Below are positions 1 through 12,386 of a stretch of DNA of 64,000 bases, piece after piece. The stretch's first letter is position 1. Each line of letters starts with the position of its first letter. The notes under the pieces are model-generated. The model was not told the DNA's origin and did not search any database. It worked only from the letters and a program-made list of their open reading frames with translations. The DNA comes from Oikopleura dioica (taxonomy: Eukaryota; Animalia; Chordata): NCBI GenBank assembly GCA_907165135.1, contig OU015569.1:3100001-3164000 (forward strand), in the 5' to 3' direction. The position numbers were made by a program, and so were the translations under genes.

Positions 1-1175
1 AGAACTTCTGGAAGAGCGTAGTGCAAGTGCGTCAAAAAGTCAAGCACAAACGAACTTTCCTCTACTTGGAACAAGTTATTCTAAAATACAACATGTTCGA
101 GAACACTATCCGAATTGGCCCTACTCAGCACGGCCTCGATTTTTCTACGGCCGTCCTCAAGATAGCCGAAAACTTGTCGAATTCCTCCAACAAGTGGTGC
201 CGATTAAGTACAAAACAGCTCAGAAGCTGGTCGGGCACGATACTCATAATGCAACTTATAACTATAAGCAAACTTATCACTGTGAACTGCCAGTAGTTTG
301 CAAAGATGATCTTGTTTGTCTGGATAAAAAATTAGCCGCAAAAATGGGTGAGTAAGCTGTTAATTGAAATCAAGGAAGAGTAACTTCTTATTCAGGAAAT
401 ATGGGACAGTTGTTGATCTGTCTTCGAGTGACTTCAACAATTCAGCTGATTGATCCGGCCACTCTTCAGCTCCGAGAAGTCGACGGGTCCCATTACTGGG
501 CTAATCCTTTTGAACCGATTGCTTCTTCCGCGCGTTTGGTTAAGGTGAGGCTTATTTTGAAAATATCAGATGATTGAACATATTTTTTAGTTTGTAGTGA
601 TGGAGAAAGAACTACTAGGAAAGAATGATAGAAACCACAAGGCGGGCCAGGGTAAACTGAGCTTCAAACACCAGCTGGCAGATCTTTACGTGATTCGCGA
701 AGATGAGCTCGGCACTCACGACGACTACATTCACTGTAGAACACATTTGGGTCAACATCTCGACGTTGGAGATGAAGTCCTAGGTTATGACATGAAGAAT
801 ATGAACTGCAACAGCGATGCCTTGGACGGAATGAATGGTAATCACCCTGACGCGGTGCTAGTGAGAAAGATCTATGGCGACTCTAGAAGACGAGCTCAAT
901 TGCGAAAGTTCAAGCTGCGCCGAGTTATTGAATACAAAACTGATAAGGTACGAGTATTATTGAAAATAGTTGACTAATTCATGTTAAAGGATGACGAAGA
1001 TGTACAGCGAATGGAGGAAGAACTAGAAGAAGATCCAGAAGTGAGAACGAATGTTAATATGTATCACAACCCAGAAGCCAACTTCTCGGATAATGAAGAT
1101 TTGCCAAGAGTGGACCTTGCCGAGTTGTTAGACGCCGTTAATCTGGATGATAAAACTGTTCCAGCTGATTTTTAA
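1..1175 (+). CDS. NMD3: 60S ribosomal export adaptor NMD3, 5'-truncated by the window; exons 1-347, 396-544, 591-947, 990-1175
   Basis: Spliced translation has VQVRQKVKHKRTFLYLEQVILK, GLDF(F)Y, YNYKQTYHCELPVVCKDDLVCL, CRTHLG, GYD and ELEEDPEVRTNVNMY, all NMD3 hallmarks. GT-AG introns of 43-48 bp. One base is missing in the T run at 140-144 (probable homopolymer error). Confidence 0.95.
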
Positions 1176-1228
1176 ATCTAAAATTAACGTGTGCTGGATT
1201 ATCTCAAACAACTTTTTTCCGTTTCAGA

Positions 1229-2485
1229 ATGCGTTTTCTCCGTCGATTCTCGCTTCAAAGCAGAAGCTACAGAAAGCGATACGTAAAGGACTACGATTTT
1301 ATGGAGACGGTTCCGGCGGTCGAGGCGAATTTGAAAGAACACGGCTTCAGAAACATTGGCGGACACTTCGTCGATGCTTCCAAAATAACGAACATGCTCA
1401 TGCTCTCCGCTGATCGAGCACATTATGCGTATGTTCTGCCATTTCAACCCACTCCTATGCAGAAGTTGCTCGCAAGTTCGAGTAGCGAAGAGCTGTTGAA
1501 CACGATCATGGTTGAGTACAACCAACTATCAGACGATGACAGAAGTGAAGTGATAAAATATCTTGGCTTTGGGTCGAATCAGAATCTTCCCACGACGCAT
1601 CCAGCTGTTGCTAGGACCTTCATCGACGTTGCCAATTTACTTCCAAATGTTGATCCAACTGTTCTTCTCCCACTACTCAAGAGAGCCTCTGCTATGGAAT
1701 TCGATTCTTCTTCGAACTGTATCAAACAGATCACGACTTCCATCGAGTACAATATCAACGAGCTGGGGTTGATAGACTGCGCCCTGCTTCACGACACATT
1801 GAACAAGAAATACTCCTCAATGTATTCGAATTCCAGCACCGAAGCGTTGCTCAAAGCACGAGGGAAAGTTCTCTTCTCTCAAATGGAAATTCAAAACTAC
1901 CACGGGCAGGATAACTTCGATCTAGATGACGTGAGAATAGTTTGTCTACTGATGGAGCTTCTCGATTACCCTGCTCAAACGAGTCTACTCTCAACACTGG
2001 AAGGAGCTCTTTATAATTCGGCAATGGATCGAGGCGATTCGGAAATAATGGCACTGATCGAATGCGTTTTAGTCGGCGAAGTTTTACTTAAAGATGCGGA
2101 GCGAAACAAGCGCAGTAAATCATTATCCAAATACAGTAAACACTTCCAAACTTGCGAGATAGCTGCTCTAGTCTCTGCTGTAACGGGTTGTCATTACTTT
2201 TCAACAGATGTGACTGTTCCAGAAATATCAGCTCGAGTGGAATCTCTTACCCTTGGCCTTTCGAATCTTATCTCGTCTTCAGGAGATGTGGAACTGCTGA
2301 CAGAATATGAAGAAAGAATGGAAATCTATACCGACAAATTAGAATCTCTCGATGTCCGAAATTTAGGTGGAATCTACGCTCTTCTGAACAACCAAGACAT
2401 CCAGCAAATGTATCGAATAAAAGACGCGAGTTATTCTGACAGAGCGCCTGTTAAATTATCTTCTGCTTTATTGCCAAGCCTGTAA
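1229..2485 (+). CDS. Intronless 418-aa protein of unknown function, possibly mitochondrial; likely downstream operon gene of NMD3
   Basis: Long ORF. Arg/Ser-rich, acid-free N-terminus (MRFLRRFSLQSRSYRKR). Starts 53 bp after the NMD3 stop with ttttttccgtttcag 1 nt before the ATG. Confidence 0.75.
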   Translation: MRFLRRFSLQSRSYRKRYVKDYDFMETVPAVEANLKEHGFRNIGGHFVDASKITNMLMLSADRAHYAYVLPFQPTPMQKLLASSSSEELLNTIMVEYNQLSDDDRSEVIKYLGFGSNQNLPTTHPAVARTFIDVANLLPNVDPTVLLPLLKRASAMEFDSSSNCIKQITTSIEYNINELGLIDCALLHDTLNKKYSSMYSNSSTEALLKARGKVLFSQMEIQNYHGQDNFDLDDVRIVCLLMELLDYPAQTSLLSTLEGALYNSAMDRGDSEIMALIECVLVGEVLLKDAERNKRSKSLSKYSKHFQTCEIAALVSAVTGCHYFSTDVTVPEISARVESLTLGLSNLISSSGDVELLTEYEERMEIYTDKLESLDVRNLGGIYALLNNQDIQQMYRIKDASYSDRAPVKLSSALLPSL

Positions 2486-2938
2486 ATACATGCTTATATG
2501 TAAATTAAAAGTTTATAACTAGAAATTCCAATTTACATGGGAATTCTTATTCTTTCCTCTTCAATGCAGTGCAAAATATCGATGTCACTAGCAAATCTTG
2601 ATTGCGTGCGATTCAAAAAGCCAGCTTTGCTTTTCTCAACTGAATACAGATTCAATCAGTCAAGCTTTTACTTTCGTAACTGAAATTTTCCGTTTATGTC
2701 TGAAGGTTTCATTTATTTTACTTTATGCATGAAAAAATAACGATATATACAGCGCACAATAGCTTGATATGCGTTAGCTTATGTACAGAATTGAATTAAG
2801 ATGATGAAGTTTATGTGCAATTGGATGCATTTGTACATTTTTCTGTTGATGGGTGGTTGTCGAGACTGTTTCACAGGTTGTGACTCAATGTTGCTAGTAA
2901 AAGTTTAGTATTTACAAGTTTGAATTGGCATACCTAAA

Positions 2939-3592
2939 TTAGTAAAGTGTAATAACATTCTTCGATTTAAAACGTTTCAAGCAGATCGGGCATCTTTTCA
3001 AGCTCGCCAAACACGAACTTTCAAATCGATGCCCACAGGACGTTATGCACGAGTGTTCATGATTCTCTGTATCGTAAGGACACATGCAAATACAACATTC
3101 GTCAATATTTTTCGCTCGATCGGCGATCGTTTCGTTGAGGGGTTGCTCTTTTAGAAGATTGTCGACTTTGTCACTGAGATTATTGACTTTTTCTTTCGTC
3201 GCTTCAAGAATCTGCTCAGACGCATCGATGTGGTCAATGTGACTTTTACAGAAGTCATCATAATAAAGGAGGTCTTTAGCCAATTTCGAATTAGCCTCTT
3301 CAGTCCAACTTATATAGAATAATCCGCTATTCTGGTAATTGTGCAATTTATCCTCGCCATGTTTTTCCTTGAAATCCACGGAAGCTGATTGATATTCTTT
3401 CAGGCTTTTTAGAATTTGATTTTCCTTTTCAAGCAAATTTCGGGAGTCAAGCGCGAGAATCTCTTCACTTTTGTAGTTCTCTTGGCATTCTTCTAGCTCT
3501 GACAGAAGTGTCTCAATCTCCACGATTTTCTTGTACTGTTTCAGGGATTTGAGGTCTGTTGCATTTTTATTAAAAGAATATCCTAGTCTCAT
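2939..3592 (-). CDS. Intronless coiled-coil + C-terminal RING finger protein, copy 1
   Basis: CCIC...CGHRFESSC...CPIC...VITLY; helical E/K-rich N-terminus; clear paralogue of 4194-4835. Confidence 0.85.
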   Translation of the reverse strand: MRLGYSFNKNATDLKSLKQYKKIVEIETLLSELEECQENYKSEEILALDSRNLLEKENQILKSLKEYQSASVDFKEKHGEDKLHNYQNSGLFYISWTEEANSKLAKDLLYYDDFCKSHIDHIDASEQILEATKEKVNNLSDKVDNLLKEQPLNETIADRAKNIDECCICMCPYDTENHEHSCITSCGHRFESSCLASLKRCPICLKRFKSKNVITLY

Positions 3593-3717
3593 TTTGTTTT
3601 ATGTCGGCAATGACGAGGAAAAACTTTTTGGAAAGCTAAATTTGCCACACAACTCAAGTGCGCCTGAGATTTTATCTGCATCGTTTACGGTTAGGGAAAA
3701 GTGCCCACAGGAAATCT

Positions 3718-3842
3718 GAAAGAAAGATTGGAAATCTTTACAGAAAAATTAGAAAAAGTCGATGTACGAGATTTTGATGGAATCTACGCTCTTCTGAACA
3801 ACCAAGACATCCAGCAAATGTAGCAAATTATCTTCTGCTTTT
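3718..3842 (+). pseudogene. Degenerate duplicated 3' fragment of the 1229-2485 gene
   Basis: Aligns to about 2310-2470, with a TAT>TAG stop and an internal deletion. Confidence 0.85.
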
Positions 3843-4193
3843 TTACTGACTTGGCAGTGCTGACTCTGTTATAAAATGAACAACCATTGAATCTAAAAAC
3901 TGAATCTAGAGGCACTGAAGTTTCAATTTTTTAACCGTTGTTTTAGCCTGCTTTGCCGAAAGATTGAGAATGAGGAAGTTCAATAGTTCATTTACAGAAA
4001 ACTCGAATTTATTTTTTCCTTTTCAAGAAAAAAAAAACGATATATACAGCGTAAGATAGCTTCGCATCTAGTGATTTATGAGCAGATTGTTATTTACAGT
4101 TTGTAGCGGTTCATTCTTTACATCGTTCTGTTCTCGAATCGCTGGCTAAACTTAGAATAAGTAAGCTATAAGTATAAAAGTAATTCACCTCAA

Positions 4194-4835
4194 CTAATAA
4201 AGCGTGATGACTTTATTCGATTTAAAACGTTGAAAGCAGATTGGGCATCTCTTGTTAGACAATCTATTCAAGCAAGAACTTCCGAATCGATGACCACAAG
4301 TTGTTATCGCCGAGTGTTTATGATTTTCTGTATCGTAGGGGCAGAGGCAAATGGCACACTCGTCAACCTTCGGACTTTCCGGAATTGTTTCGTTGAGTGG
4401 CTGGTCTTTGAGTAGATTTTCGACTTTTTCACCCAGAGCATTGACCTTTCCTTTTTTCTCTTCAAGAATCAAATCAGACTTGACAACCTCTTCTCTGTGA
4501 CTCTTATAGTAGCGAGTGTAGTAGATGAGATCCTTTGCAAATTTGCAGTTGTAGTTTGAACTTGATAGGGTATTCTGGTACTCGAGCAACTTATCATCGC
4601 CATTATTAGTCTTGAAGTCGCTAATAGCTGCAGCATATTCTCTCAGGCTATTTATGAATTGCATCTCCTTCTCAAGCAAATTTCGTGAATCGAGTACAAT
4701 TTTCTCTTCGCTTTTAAAATCTTCTTGGCTTTGTTCTAGTTCCGTTAGAAGTGACTGAATCTTCATGATCGTTTTGTACTGTTTGAGGGCTTTAAAGTCT
4801 TTCGCTTTTTTTACAAAAGAATGTCGTCGTCTCAT
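4194..4835 (-). CDS. Intronless coiled-coil + C3HGC3-type (RFWD3-like) RING finger protein, copy 2
   Basis: CAIC...CGHRFGSSC...CPIC...VITLY. Confidence 0.85.
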   Translation of the reverse strand: MRRRHSFVKKAKDFKALKQYKTIMKIQSLLTELEQSQEDFKSEEKIVLDSRNLLEKEMQFINSLREYAAAISDFKTNNGDDKLLEYQNTLSSSNYNCKFAKDLIYYTRYYKSHREEVVKSDLILEEKKGKVNALGEKVENLLKDQPLNETIPESPKVDECAICLCPYDTENHKHSAITTCGHRFGSSCLNRLSNKRCPICFQRFKSNKVITLY

Positions 4836-6069
4836 TTTGTGTCTTTTCTCGGTTCTGACAATGAACTTTTAGAAAAGCTGAATTTGCCACACAACTCAAA
4901 AGCGCCTTAGATTTTATCTGCACTGTTCACGGTTACAGCAACTACTCGCCCGCCAAAAAATCTCCCGCGAAAAAAGTCAAAATCAACAGAAATCCACACT
5001 AACCACTCACTCAATAACCACCTTCACATCAGCAAGAAGTTCTAAACTAACGAACGCCTGCAAAAAAAAGACACAACACAGAGTTAAAAAATATCCAACA
5101 AGTGTGTATTCAACTGAATAAAGAGTGAATGTTGGGAGATTTCCGACAGACTGTCTGAAAGAAATTACCGCTTCGTTAGCAGTGAAAATAACCTCCTTCG
5201 TAGGCAGTATGCAGCAGCCCGATCAGTTGAGTGGAGATCTTAATTGCAATTTAAAAATTAGCCAGAAAGAAAGCAAAATTACCTGATTTATTTGCCGTTT
5301 CGGACCCGACAAGTTCGGGAACTAACTAAAATTAAAAAAAGAGCCCTCACAACAACATGGATTCTAGAGACAAATTCGCAAAAGAGAAGCTAGGTGATCC
5401 AAAGTGAAAGCGATCACTGGTGCGATTAAGGATCCAGCCGCATGAGCTCAATCAAACAATTTCTTCTGTATATGTTTATTTGGGTCCAGCTCTTTTCGCG
5501 ACCGCAAATTTTGACGGGTGATCCTTTGCTTTCGCGAAAATCTTATCGCGCCCTTCTTAGAGTTCGCAGCTAGTCGAGTGTAAACTCGCTTGCTGGAAGT
5601 CCTACTCGAGTCTAAACGGTTTTTCGATGTTCGGATGGTGGGCCCAGCTGGAATGTATCAACCGCGCGATTAGACGAAAACGTGAAAAACTGGCACCTGA
5701 CGAGTGGAATCGCATTCAACCCATCTCTCTTGACAAACTCGGCTTTCAGAAGCGCGCTAGAACGTTGATCTGGGTTTCTTCCGACGCTCTTTAGCGGAAC
5801 TCCGCTAAATCCGCCTCTTTTGAATAAGCAATTATAGGGTTTAAATCGAAAGCCCAGTTTCAAAGAGACTCTGTTTTCTTAAGAAGTTCCGACGAGAATC
5901 GAGTCAACCAAATTACAGAAAATGAAGTTTATGTCTGAGCTTTTTTTAGGCAGAATACAGAGTGCAAAATCACTAGTGATAAAATTTATTCTTGTGGACG
6001 GTCGAAAGGTTAGTCTAACAGTGTTAAAATAGGCAGTGAGCTACGAATTTCTCTAGCAGGATGCTCTTC

Positions 6070-6732
6070 TTAGTCTTCTCGGGGAAGTTCTACGTCTGCA
6101 ATGGGTTGTTCTTGTGAAGCCTCTGCTTCTTCAAGACGCCGAATCTCCGCGAAAGCTCGTTGATCATCTTCGAGAATTCTTCAGAATAAGTTATGGAAAA
6201 TCAGCTAAGTAGCAACTTACTGTTGGGCGCTTCCGAACTCGTCGCTTTGATTATCCCCGAGCGCAAGTTCGTGTTGATAGAATCTTTGCATCATTTCTGG
6301 GGACCGATATGCATCTCCAAGGTCGAGCCAGGGCTGATCGATGTAAGATAGACGAAACTTCATGTAGTCCCTTGCAGTCAGCAGACTCAACAGTCCTGTG
6401 TCGACGAAGATCTTCATCGCGTTCCAATAATCAAAGAGGAGGGTCCGTGTTTTTTCGTGCAGCTGGTCTTCTGTAGAATTTGCGATGAGGTTCTGGATCT
6501 TTCGAACAGATACTTTTCCTTGGTTGTTCAGGAACGTTCTTCGACTCCTACGACCCAGACGAAACCCCCGGTTTGCAATGTTGTACTTTGATTTGACTTC
6601 CCTCACTAAAAATAAACGTTTATTTCTTCTTGGGGAGTACTTTCACTTACTTGTGTTGTTAATGTGAATGGTGAGGAACAACAATTCGTGGTACCGGTTA
6701 CGCCCAGGAAAAACTCGTCCTTGATTTTCCAT
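6070..6732 (-). CDS. Hypothetical protein, 3 exons (6732-6651, 6605-6221, 6178-6070)
   Basis: Two short GT-AG introns join three exons in frame (MENQGRVF...MREVKSKY...ILEDDQ...PRED*). No recognisable domain. Confidence 0.6.
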
Positions 6733-7179
6733 CTCTCGCTGTTGTCTATCTCAAATCAACCGAATAGAACCTTTTGGCGGAATTCCAGTCTAACGAAAAA
6801 GGAGTTGTGTCTAAAATACCGCTTTCTCATTTGCGGAAAACAAATGGTTCGATCTTATAAATCAAGAAATTTCTTCACTAATCAAGATTTCATGTTAATC
6901 TACAGTAGACTACTGATAGCATAAAGGTGCATCTCGATTGAGTTCCTTGCTTCCGAGCGCCGCTAATAATAATCGGCGGTGTTATCGTTTAGCGCCACCT
7001 TGTTCTTCCTCCGCTCTCCTGCCGAGAGCCCCTTATCATTTCAGCCCTTGCACTTTTTGCAGTAACCGGAAAGGAAGAAAATAAGGTAAACGCATAGATG
7101 GCACTTCCTTTCTTTCTAATCAATTCTTCAGAGCTCATTTTTTCGTCGAAGAGTTTTTCACCCAACCCAGTAACGAAAC

Positions 7180-7780
7180 ATGATGCGTACAGTATTTGCC
7201 TTGCTTTCCTTATCATCTTCTCTCCCAGTCTCCGAGGTAATCGAAAAAGAGATATTTGCTGGGCATCGAGCGTGTTTTCAGGATGAATTTATTGGTACAA
7301 CCGCAGCTACTCCTGACCTGCCAGACTTTCTATTCAAGCATTTTGGCGAGCCACCCCTTACGGACTCGCAAATGCTCAATATTCTTATTGGAAGGATGGT
7401 ATCACAGCTGTTAAAAGTGTATTCTAATTTATCTCTTCGAAAACACAGTGTTACCAACAAGCACGAGCACGGCAATCCCAGCTGAACTCCTGACAGAGCA
7501 ACCAGAAAAGTTTGACGAATTAACTACTCCTGCTCCAATGAATCTTGATCTTACCAAGGCCGCGGAGAAGGAAACAGTCGACTTATTGGAGGTTGAAATC
7601 ATAGAAGAAATCGAAAAGACTGATTCGATCCAGGCTGGATCTGACGCGAGCGCCCTCCAGAGGTAAGAGTCTTCATGAAAAGATGAATTTATATTTGATT
7701 TTTTGTTCAAATATTGATATGAATATTTTAATTCTAGCGCGCTCTGGATGGTCCTACCTCTCATTTTCGCCTTGTTTTAA
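7180..7780 (+). CDS. Small secreted Thr/Pro/Glu-rich, probably GPI-anchored protein
   Basis: Signal peptide MMRTVFALLSLSSS; short introns; hydrophobic C-terminus SDASALQSALWMVLPLIFALF*. Confidence 0.7.
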
Positions 7781-8386
7781 AGAGAAACGAAGTCCTCTTT
7801 CCCCTTTTCTTGTAATTACTGTAAATAAAGTCGACCCTTCAAAGTTTCATGTTTGTGTGTTAATTTTTATTCGATTTTCAGCGATATTTTTTGTGAATTT
7901 TTTAATTTGAGAGGAACACACCTATAAACGGGGTTAGTGAGTTCTAGTTTTGTTTTGTTAGAAAAGAGTTACTTCATTTTGCCAAGTTTGCGTATCTCAG
8001 TTACTGTAATAACGTGCTCTATACATATAAATATATTTCACGAGATGCAGCTTTGGAAAATGAGCTTTTTAGTACTTTTTGTGTTAAATTTTTTGATAAT
8101 GGAGGAGGGGCGAAATAGCACTCGGGTAGATTATCAGAAGGCAATAATATAAAATAGAGAAAAAAACAATTAGAAAAAAGATGATCCCTATTTTCAGTTA
8201 GGGTCAGCTGCGACGCGGTCAATTCGAAGCTAAACATTCAAAAAGGAAATTTGAAAAATTCAGCTTAGAGTTGAGTGCGTCTTGAAAAAAAATTACTATT
8301 TTTTGAGCGGGATTTGAGCGGTTTCACAGAGCTTGAGTGTAAACAATATTAATATAAAGTTAAGAAAGAGCAAAGAATAAAAACTG

Positions 8387-10548
8387 CTATTGGAAAAGTG
8401 CTAGAATAAAAACGACGAGCGCACTGAGCATCACTTGGCTCGCCGAAGAATCTGCCGGAGTTGTGGCCGATTCCGCCGGAGTGGTCGTGTCCGGTCGGGG
8501 AGTGCTTGCACTCGTCGTATTACTCGCTGGAGTGGAGTCTGTTGATGCTGCTGAACTGGTTATTTTTTGAGAAGGAGCGGTTGTGTTGGTTGATTCTGTT
8601 GCTGGAATTTCATCTGTGTTTGTTTCTGTCGATTTTGAGGTATTTGATTGAGTGGTTGAGATGCTTTCTGCTGCAGCTTCTGTCACGGCCGCTTCTTCTG
8701 TACTGACGACTGGTTTTTCTGTTGCTGGCGACTCTGCTTCTGTCTGAGCAGATGTAGACGAGGATTCAGTGGAAGCGATGGTTGATGAAGATGTTCCCAC
8801 CGATGAAGCGGTATCCTTCAATAAAATTGTTAAATTATTGAATGAAGAAGCCTCAACTGAATCTTAAAATGGGATACTACGAACATTTGAAGGAAAATAT
8901 AATCTATTGATAGTAAATGTACCTCAGCGGTCAGTAATCCTGACTGTGTAGTTGTGGTTGACCTAGCAGTAGTGCTGGGTGCGGTATCGTTTTCTGTTAC
9001 GCCGCTTGGTGAAACCGAAGTCGACGCTGTGACGGGAACGGTGCTCTCGACTTCAATCAGCGTATCGGCTGTTGTGGCGGCGGGAAGCTCGATATTCTCT
9101 GGAACGGTGAACAAGTCAATTATCGGGCTTTCCGTTGTCTGGAAAAGTAGATCGAGAAGATCTGCGGGAAGCTCGGTCGGACCGAGAATGTCAAAAGGAG
9201 AGTCCGTCGACAACTCAGCAAGCAGCTCATCGATCTTAATTGAAGCGTAAAAATATGTTCTATTTCCTTGAAATTATGAAATACATTTCAAAATTATCAA
9301 CCCAAATTATGTTCGAATTTTTCTGATGTGGCAAATTTTGGCCTCCACAGGAACTTTATTATCGATTAACTAACTTAACGTTGTCACTATGTCATCATTA
9401 CGGAAGAATGCCGATTTAGGATGTCAACCCTCTGGAATTCAAGAAGTTAGCCTTCCAAATACCAACTAGACTGAACAACTATGACCGCTAAAACATGAGC
9501 AGTTTAACAAACACAAACAAGGCATCCATGAAGTTTTATTTAGGCAACGCACTTTGACGTATACAAAACAATCACACCCGAAAAAAGAAAACATAATTTT
9601 AAAACTCACGGAGCTCTGAGTGGGGCCAGGGCTGAGAAGCTCCTGCGCCTGGGCGACGGCGGCGATGGCGAAGAGTTTCATTTCGCTCTGTTCAGGCAGG
9701 CGCAACTGCTCTCGGGAAAACGTACAGTTTACAGTTTTTTAAGTAGCCCCCGCAATCTGTCAAATCTCGAAACTGGCGGTGGTGGGGGCAAGGGAAGTAG
9801 CAGAGGGATGAATCACCAGTGGCGAGGCCAAACACCGCACTCCATTGTACGATTCGCACGCCCACAGGCGCAGACATCGATTCGCACCACCACCACCTGC
9901 GCCAAGTCTCATTAAAAACATAGTGAGGCCCCGGACGGTGTGGACACACCAGCGCACCGCATCGATCAGCCGATCATGTCATTGATAACCCACGGAATTC
10001 AACGACGGAATTTAATTTTAAACCCCGGAAAACTCTTGATGTTTCACATCAAAAAAAAAAGTATTCGGTTAGAGATCTTACACCTCAAATCTCTTTGAAT
10101 TTTGACAATTTTAGAGACAAATTTATTTAAAAAAAAATATTTTATTTTTGATTCGAATATAATGACGGAAACTTACTGAAGAGCTAACTGTTGTTGCTGG
10201 AAGTTCTGGCCAAGGAGTATTTGCCAAAATAGCATTTGAAATGTCCGTCGTAAAATCGACAAAATCCAACGTGTTTTCTGTTGTAGAAGGAATTATAAAT
10301 GATGGAGCTGTTGTTGGAATCAAAAAAGAGTCAAAAGATTCAGTCGTATCTGGAAACAAGCCTTGAAAGAAATCGCCCGTGGTTTCAATGTTGAGAATGT
10401 CAAACCAACTTTGAGTCGTTGTGTCGAGAAAAAGATCGATGTTTTCTGTAAAAAGTGGGCTGGGATTCTCTGTTGGCGATTGTCGTTTTTCTCTTGAGAC
10501 TGTACTTTTGCTTGATGATACTGTAACAAGCGAAAAAAAAGCTTTCAT
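8387..10548 (-). CDS. Ser/Thr-rich mucin-like GPI-anchored protein with two candidate first exons (10548-10177 and 9681-9610); shared exons 9234-8923 and 8815-8387
   Basis: Both upstream exons encode signal peptides and end in phase-0 GT donors. Very Thr/Ser-rich body; C-terminal GPI-type signal DSSASQVMLSALVVFILALFQ*. Confidence 0.75.
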
Positions 10549-10984
10549 TTCAGACTCAATCCGATGGAAAAAAAAAAGTTAATTTTGTTCTCTATATTTT
10601 TCTTTATTTGACTAAGTCTTGGGCTGCGTGTGAGGTGCTGGTGCTGGGCTAAAATGAGAGCGATAATGGGAGGAGGATGATTCAACCGATCGAGGACTGA
10701 GTTGGTGGAGGAGCACCTCGCCGCACACAATCACGTAAAAGCATACTCAGCGTTTTAAATGCCCTCATGACGCAATTTTTAATATTCGTCATTCCAAGAA
10801 ATTTTTCTGAGAGTTTCTTTTTGAACAATTAAATTTTAGAAACTTTGATAAAATTAAATAAATTTATTGAATATATTTTTTGGCAATTTTTAATTGGCAG
10901 CAGCTTGATAAACAACAGAATAGATACAGGAACACGTTGTTAACGTTATTCTTATTAAATTGAAGTAATTGTAACTGATGATGC

Positions 10985-12386
10985 TCATTTGCATAAGTCA
11001 GCATAAAACGACATGGAATGTCCGACGATGTCACAGAGCTGTCGATTGAATGGAGTGAAGAATTCCTTCAGCGCTTCGATTTGATCTTTTCCAAGCTCCA
11101 AATAAGAAGGATCGGCCAAATTCCTGAAAATACAAATTTGAAATTTAGAAATTCGATTCCGTAAATGTCATTTTACCCTGTTCGTCCCTTTGATTTCGGA
11201 AGGCAGAAAGTTTTCTTCATATTTTCGGGCCTCTTGGCGCAGTAATAACCAGTCTCCTCGTTGATGAAAAAGTGCTCATTCGTGAGCACGTGATCCAAGT
11301 TCAAGAAATCCTGCGCCTTGTCCATCGTCTTGTACGGTGCGTTTAGGGTTTCTTCTCCGTCGAGAAACAGAATCTGATCGCGCGGAAAGTAATCCAGCCA
11401 GTGATTGAGATAGTGCGAGTAGATACTATTAGTTTTAATTAGGCGAGGGAGCTTTGACAGGCGGAGGAAACCATTTTTCAATAAAAGATTAAGGATCCGA
11501 AAGATAATTTCCAAAAAAGGCTTTATTTCAAAATTTTTAAACTAAAAGTATTTTCTGGTTGTAATTACCTGTTTGTGAAAATGCTCGCTGTAATGTCATG
11601 GTAGTAGACGTCTGTAAGATACTCCTCTCCCTGCTCTAGAATGTTTCGTTTCACTCTTGGCAGCCATTCGTCGACGAAGGAAGAGATGTTTTTGTATCCC
11701 TTGATTTCCTGCGCGTGGGGCTCGGTCGTCAACGTCGTGTGGATAAAATCCGAGCGCATGCGTTTGATCGGGTCGCAAAGAGTAATGATGATCTTCATGT
11801 CCTTGCTGATCGCCTTGGCTCTAGCAGGGACAGAAGACTCAACTAGGTAGCGAGGAGTGCCTTCGTAGGTGATCTGGCCGGGCTCGCTTGTCGGTAATTT
11901 TCGCTTGTAAGACTGGAATCCGCCTTTCCATTGCGAATCCTTGTACAGCCAGTGTCCTTCTGTATAGCTCGTTCTTCTGAAGTCAGGATTCAGGCTGAGG
12001 AAATAGGCAAAGGCGATCGTTCCGCATTTCTTGGCACCAGCTCCGATTGCATCTGGCGGCCGGATGTCGTCGTTTTCCCCCGCGTTCATTTCAAAAACCT
12101 CTTTTGTTTGTCGCTTGCCCCATCTTGACTATGAAAATTGGCATAAAAGGTCCCTTGAAGCTTGCACTTTGTACCTTGTCGACAGGAGCAGGAGTATACC
12201 AATCCGACTCCATAAAAAAAGTAAGCTTGAAGTTTCTATATGCTCGTTCATTTTTAAAAACCAGGATCAATGAGCCGACTAGAAGGTGTATAATTAACAT
12301 TCGCTAAGCTGGATTAACTTCATGAATCTGAAGTACTTACGACAGAGTAGAACAAGTAATATTCGACGAACTCGTAGCATATCCAT
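10985..12386 (-). CDS. Heparan sulfate glucosamine 3-O-sulfotransferase-like Golgi type II membrane protein
   Basis: N-terminal TM (RILLVLLCLGSLILVF); 5'-PSB motif GAKKCGT; EGTPRY; KIIITLCDPIKRMRSDF; WLDYFPRDQILFLDGE; CLPKSKGR; LKEFFTPFNRQL. Confidence 0.9.

Larger units (their letters stand above)
2310..4935. repeat. Diverged tandem segmental duplication (about 2310-3693 and about 3720-4935)
   Basis: Both units contain the 3' end of the 418-aa gene (ggaatctacgctcttctgaacaaccaagacatccagcaaatgta is identical), the motif aacgatatatacagcg, a RING gene, and the upstream block aatttgccacacaactcaa...gattttatctgca. Confidence 0.9.

Noticed and set aside
140-145. Frameshift in NMD3 (pseudogene or programmed frameshift)
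   Set aside because: One T missing from a homopolymer in an otherwise intact essential gene; most likely a sequencing or assembly error.
5440-5860. Small basic spliced protein on the - strand
   Set aside because: Several alternative frames and no recognisable motif; unsupported.
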